A stretch of DNA of 64,000 bases from Flaccisagitta enflata (taxonomy: Eukaryota). Position 1 is the stretch's first letter; each line of letters starts with the position of its first letter. Shown piece after piece: positions 61,545 through 64,000 of this stretch. Where the stretch lies: contig OZ231126.1 in the NCBI GenBank assembly GCA_965153355.1, positions 26,164,001-26,228,000 on the forward strand, given 5' to 3'. The notes beneath the pieces were generated by a model, which made no database searches, was not told the DNA's origin, and saw nothing but the letters and a program-made list of their open reading frames with translations. The position numbers and the translations under genes are program-made.

Positions 61545-62903
61545 CACTTTTTTTTATAAGAACCTAGTTTATAAGAACATCAAGGCTTCGAATGGCCCCA
61601 AAATTAATCTTAAGAACAAATCTTAAGAAAAAAATTTTGCTTAAAGTAACATTTAAAGAACATTAACAAAACACTAACATTTTAGTATAATTAAGATGAA
61701 ATTTTTAATCTCTGATATAAATACCAAGAAAATATCCCCAGACATTAATGTTTAGCATTTGTTTAATAGTATTCAATAGAAATATATTCAATATAATCCA
61801 ATAATAACTATGGCAAAAAAAAAAACCGAACAGTTACTTCTTTTGCTCATAAATCCTCTGAAAATTCACCTAGTGTGCTTGAATTTTTACTGAAGTTACT
61901 TTTTGGTATCATTAAGCATCACTGAAAAAATCGATGACGTGCTCTAAATAGTTTAGGAATTATAGATTTTTTAAAAATGCTTGTCAGATGATCAGAAATT
62001 CATTGTACACACATAAGAATTTACAAAGATTGAATAAACAAACTTTGAAAAAACATACTAAATCTAGTCCAATTTTGATGAAATTTGAAGTGGAAGTAGA
62101 CCACATTGTTAGCAGGCTGTGGTACAAATTTTTTTTAGCAGAAACAGCAAGTTTTCTAAAAAAAAATTTTGTGGTTTTAAGAATGAGGTAAATGAAGATG
62201 AAATCTGAAATATAAATCAATGCTAAGGCCGTAGTTTTTTACCAATCATCATGATTTTTTAACTGGGAACTTTTGTACATATGGTTCATCTCCAGTAAAA
62301 TTTTTGTGAAGATTGAAGCATTTTTAGTCCCCCAAATTGCAAAAATATTCTAGGTAGCAGAGTATTTCTTATCCTGAGCAAGCTTACAATCAACCAATAT
62401 TTACCCCACTAGACCTTATCTGAGTAGAAACGAATTTTGCCTAGTATTAGTAAATAGCACCATCAGACTACAGTTAAAAAATCATGACAAAACTCCCAAA
62501 ACTTTTTGCACAAGGCTAATTTTACTAAAAATGGTATTATTTTGATTTAGGATAAACGTCATCTCTGGCAGTCCAAAAAAGAGGTGACTTCAGTAAAAAC
62601 GTGATAACGGCTAAAGTTTTTAACGGATTTTGATGAAATTTTAACCAGACATAGTCCAAATCATGGTCATCATTCACTGTAAATTTTATGCAAATTGGTC
62701 AACATCTTAATACGTTTTTGCTCTCTCAAAATTTGTTCGGTTTTTTATTTTGCCATAGTTGATATATTTTGAGGTTCCTTATAGTTATCATAGTATTTTG
62801 AATTAAGAACGCTCTAAGAATGTTGAAGGCTTCATTTGGCCTCAATAATAAGAACATGAATCCTTCAAGAAAAAAATGAAGTTCTTTTTAAAAAAAAAAA
62901 GTG
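61545..62903. mobile_element. TA-flanked TIR element with a nested insertion
   Basis: TA|CACTTTTTTTTATAAGAAC ... GTTCTTTTTAAAAAAAAAAAGTG|TA, with subterminal TAAGAAC repeats at both ends. Confidence 0.75.
61806..62760. mobile_element. Nested TIR element, superfamily unresolved
   Basis: AACTATGGCAAAAAAAAAAACCGAACA ... TGTTCGGTTTTTTATTTTGCCATAGTT, with internal ATTTTGATGAAATTT repeats. No clear TSD. Confidence 0.7.
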
Positions 62904-62958
62904 TAGTTGATATACAGTCGTTTATTGATTACTTTTCAAATGTTGAACTAAGCTCTGT

Positions 62959-63107
62959 AACAAGGCCGGATACACGGCACTCCAGTCGCAGACGGTTGGG
63001 CAGGAGTAGTTATGCAAAAACCGCTCGGAATTAAAAAATGTGACCGACTGACGGATGGACAGATGGACGGACATGGCAAGTTGTTGAGTCGCGTCTCCGC
63101 GACAAAA
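62959..63107 (-). mobile_element. Family A HINE
   Basis: AACAAGGCCGGATACACGGCACTCCAGTCGC...(GACG/GATG)n...GAGTCGCGTCTCCGCGACAAAA. Confidence 0.78.
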
Positions 63108-63116
63108 AATAGAAAA

Positions 63117-64000
63117 AACAAGGCCGGATACACGGGCCAAGACGGTGCGCCGAGCGTTATTTATTCATAGCTATTCCTAGCTCCATCAGACCTATCCCTA
63201 GCTCTATCAGACCATTCCTAGCTCTATCAGACCTATCCCGCCGAGCGTTATTTATTCATAGCTATTCCTAGCTCCATCAGACCTATCCCTAGCTCTATCA
63301 GACCATTCCTAGCTCTATAAGACCTATCCCGAGCTCCATCAGGCCTCTCCCGAGCTCTATCAGACCTTTCCCAAGCTCTATCAGACCTATCACCAGCTCT
63401 ATCAGACCTATCCCCAGTTCTATCAGACACATCCTAAGACCTATCCGACCTATCACCAGACCTATCCAACCTATCCCCAGCTCTAAAAGACCTAACCGTA
63501 GCTGATTATATTAGTATCATTTATGATATATATAATATATATGATATGATATATATGATATATGATATAATATATATGATATATATGATATGATATATAA
63601 GATATATATGATATGATATATAAGATATATATGATATGATACATGATATGATACATGATATGATATGATATATGACATGATATGATATGATATATGATAT
63701 GATATATGATATATGATATATGATATATGATATATGATATATGATATGATATATGATATATGATATGATATATATATGATATATGATATGATATATGATA
63801 TGATATGATATGATATATATGATACGATATATGATACGATATATGATACGATATATGATACGATATATGATACGATATATGATATATATGATACGATATA
63901 TGATACGATATATGATATGATATATGATTTGATATATTTAATATATATGATATGATATATGATATGATATATGATATGATATATGATATGATATATGATA
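63117..64000 (-). mobile_element. Family A-type end followed by 21-bp minisatellite and (ATATG)n; probably one element truncated by the window edge
   Basis: AACAAGGCCGGATACACGG, then (AGCTCTATCAGACCTATCCCT)n at about 63170-63500 with a 91-bp duplication, then (ATATG/ATATATG)n at 63520-64000. Confidence 0.6.

Overview
Repeat-saturated eukaryotic genomic DNA. It looks invertebrate and the very long (AG)n/(AAAG)n/(AAG)n/(AC)n/(AAC)n tracts suggest a crustacean, but that is inference only. I recognise no intact protein-coding gene, rRNA, tRNA or CRISPR array. Nearly all listed ORFs are translations of microsatellites or minisatellites. The window is a mosaic of non-autonomous DNA transposons. (1) About 12 copies of a DINE-1/HINE-like (Helentron-associated) family with a terminal hairpin, subterminal inverted repeat, GTCY-type microsatellite and CTTGTT end; one copy is nested in another. 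(2) Five copies of an asymmetric 'foldback plus 3' tail' family sharing an ACCGCTGACCA-like motif. (3) A 1.7-kb HINE-like element carrying a 13-bp minisatellite and a ~162-bp satellite array. (4) At least seven TA-flanked Tc1/mariner/pogo-type MITEs, three hAT-type MITEs with 8-bp TSDs, and two related CAC...GTG foldback elements (CMC/Chapaev/Transib-like). There is also a C-terminal LINE ORF2 relic, a 44-bp minisatellite and a complex local duplication at 7.5-10.8 kb. Weak splice-site evidence suggests the 5' end of a minus-strand gene running off the left edge. I found no novel protein-encoded system; the best leads are the unusual transposon architectures. All coordinates were read by eye and may be off by a few bases.
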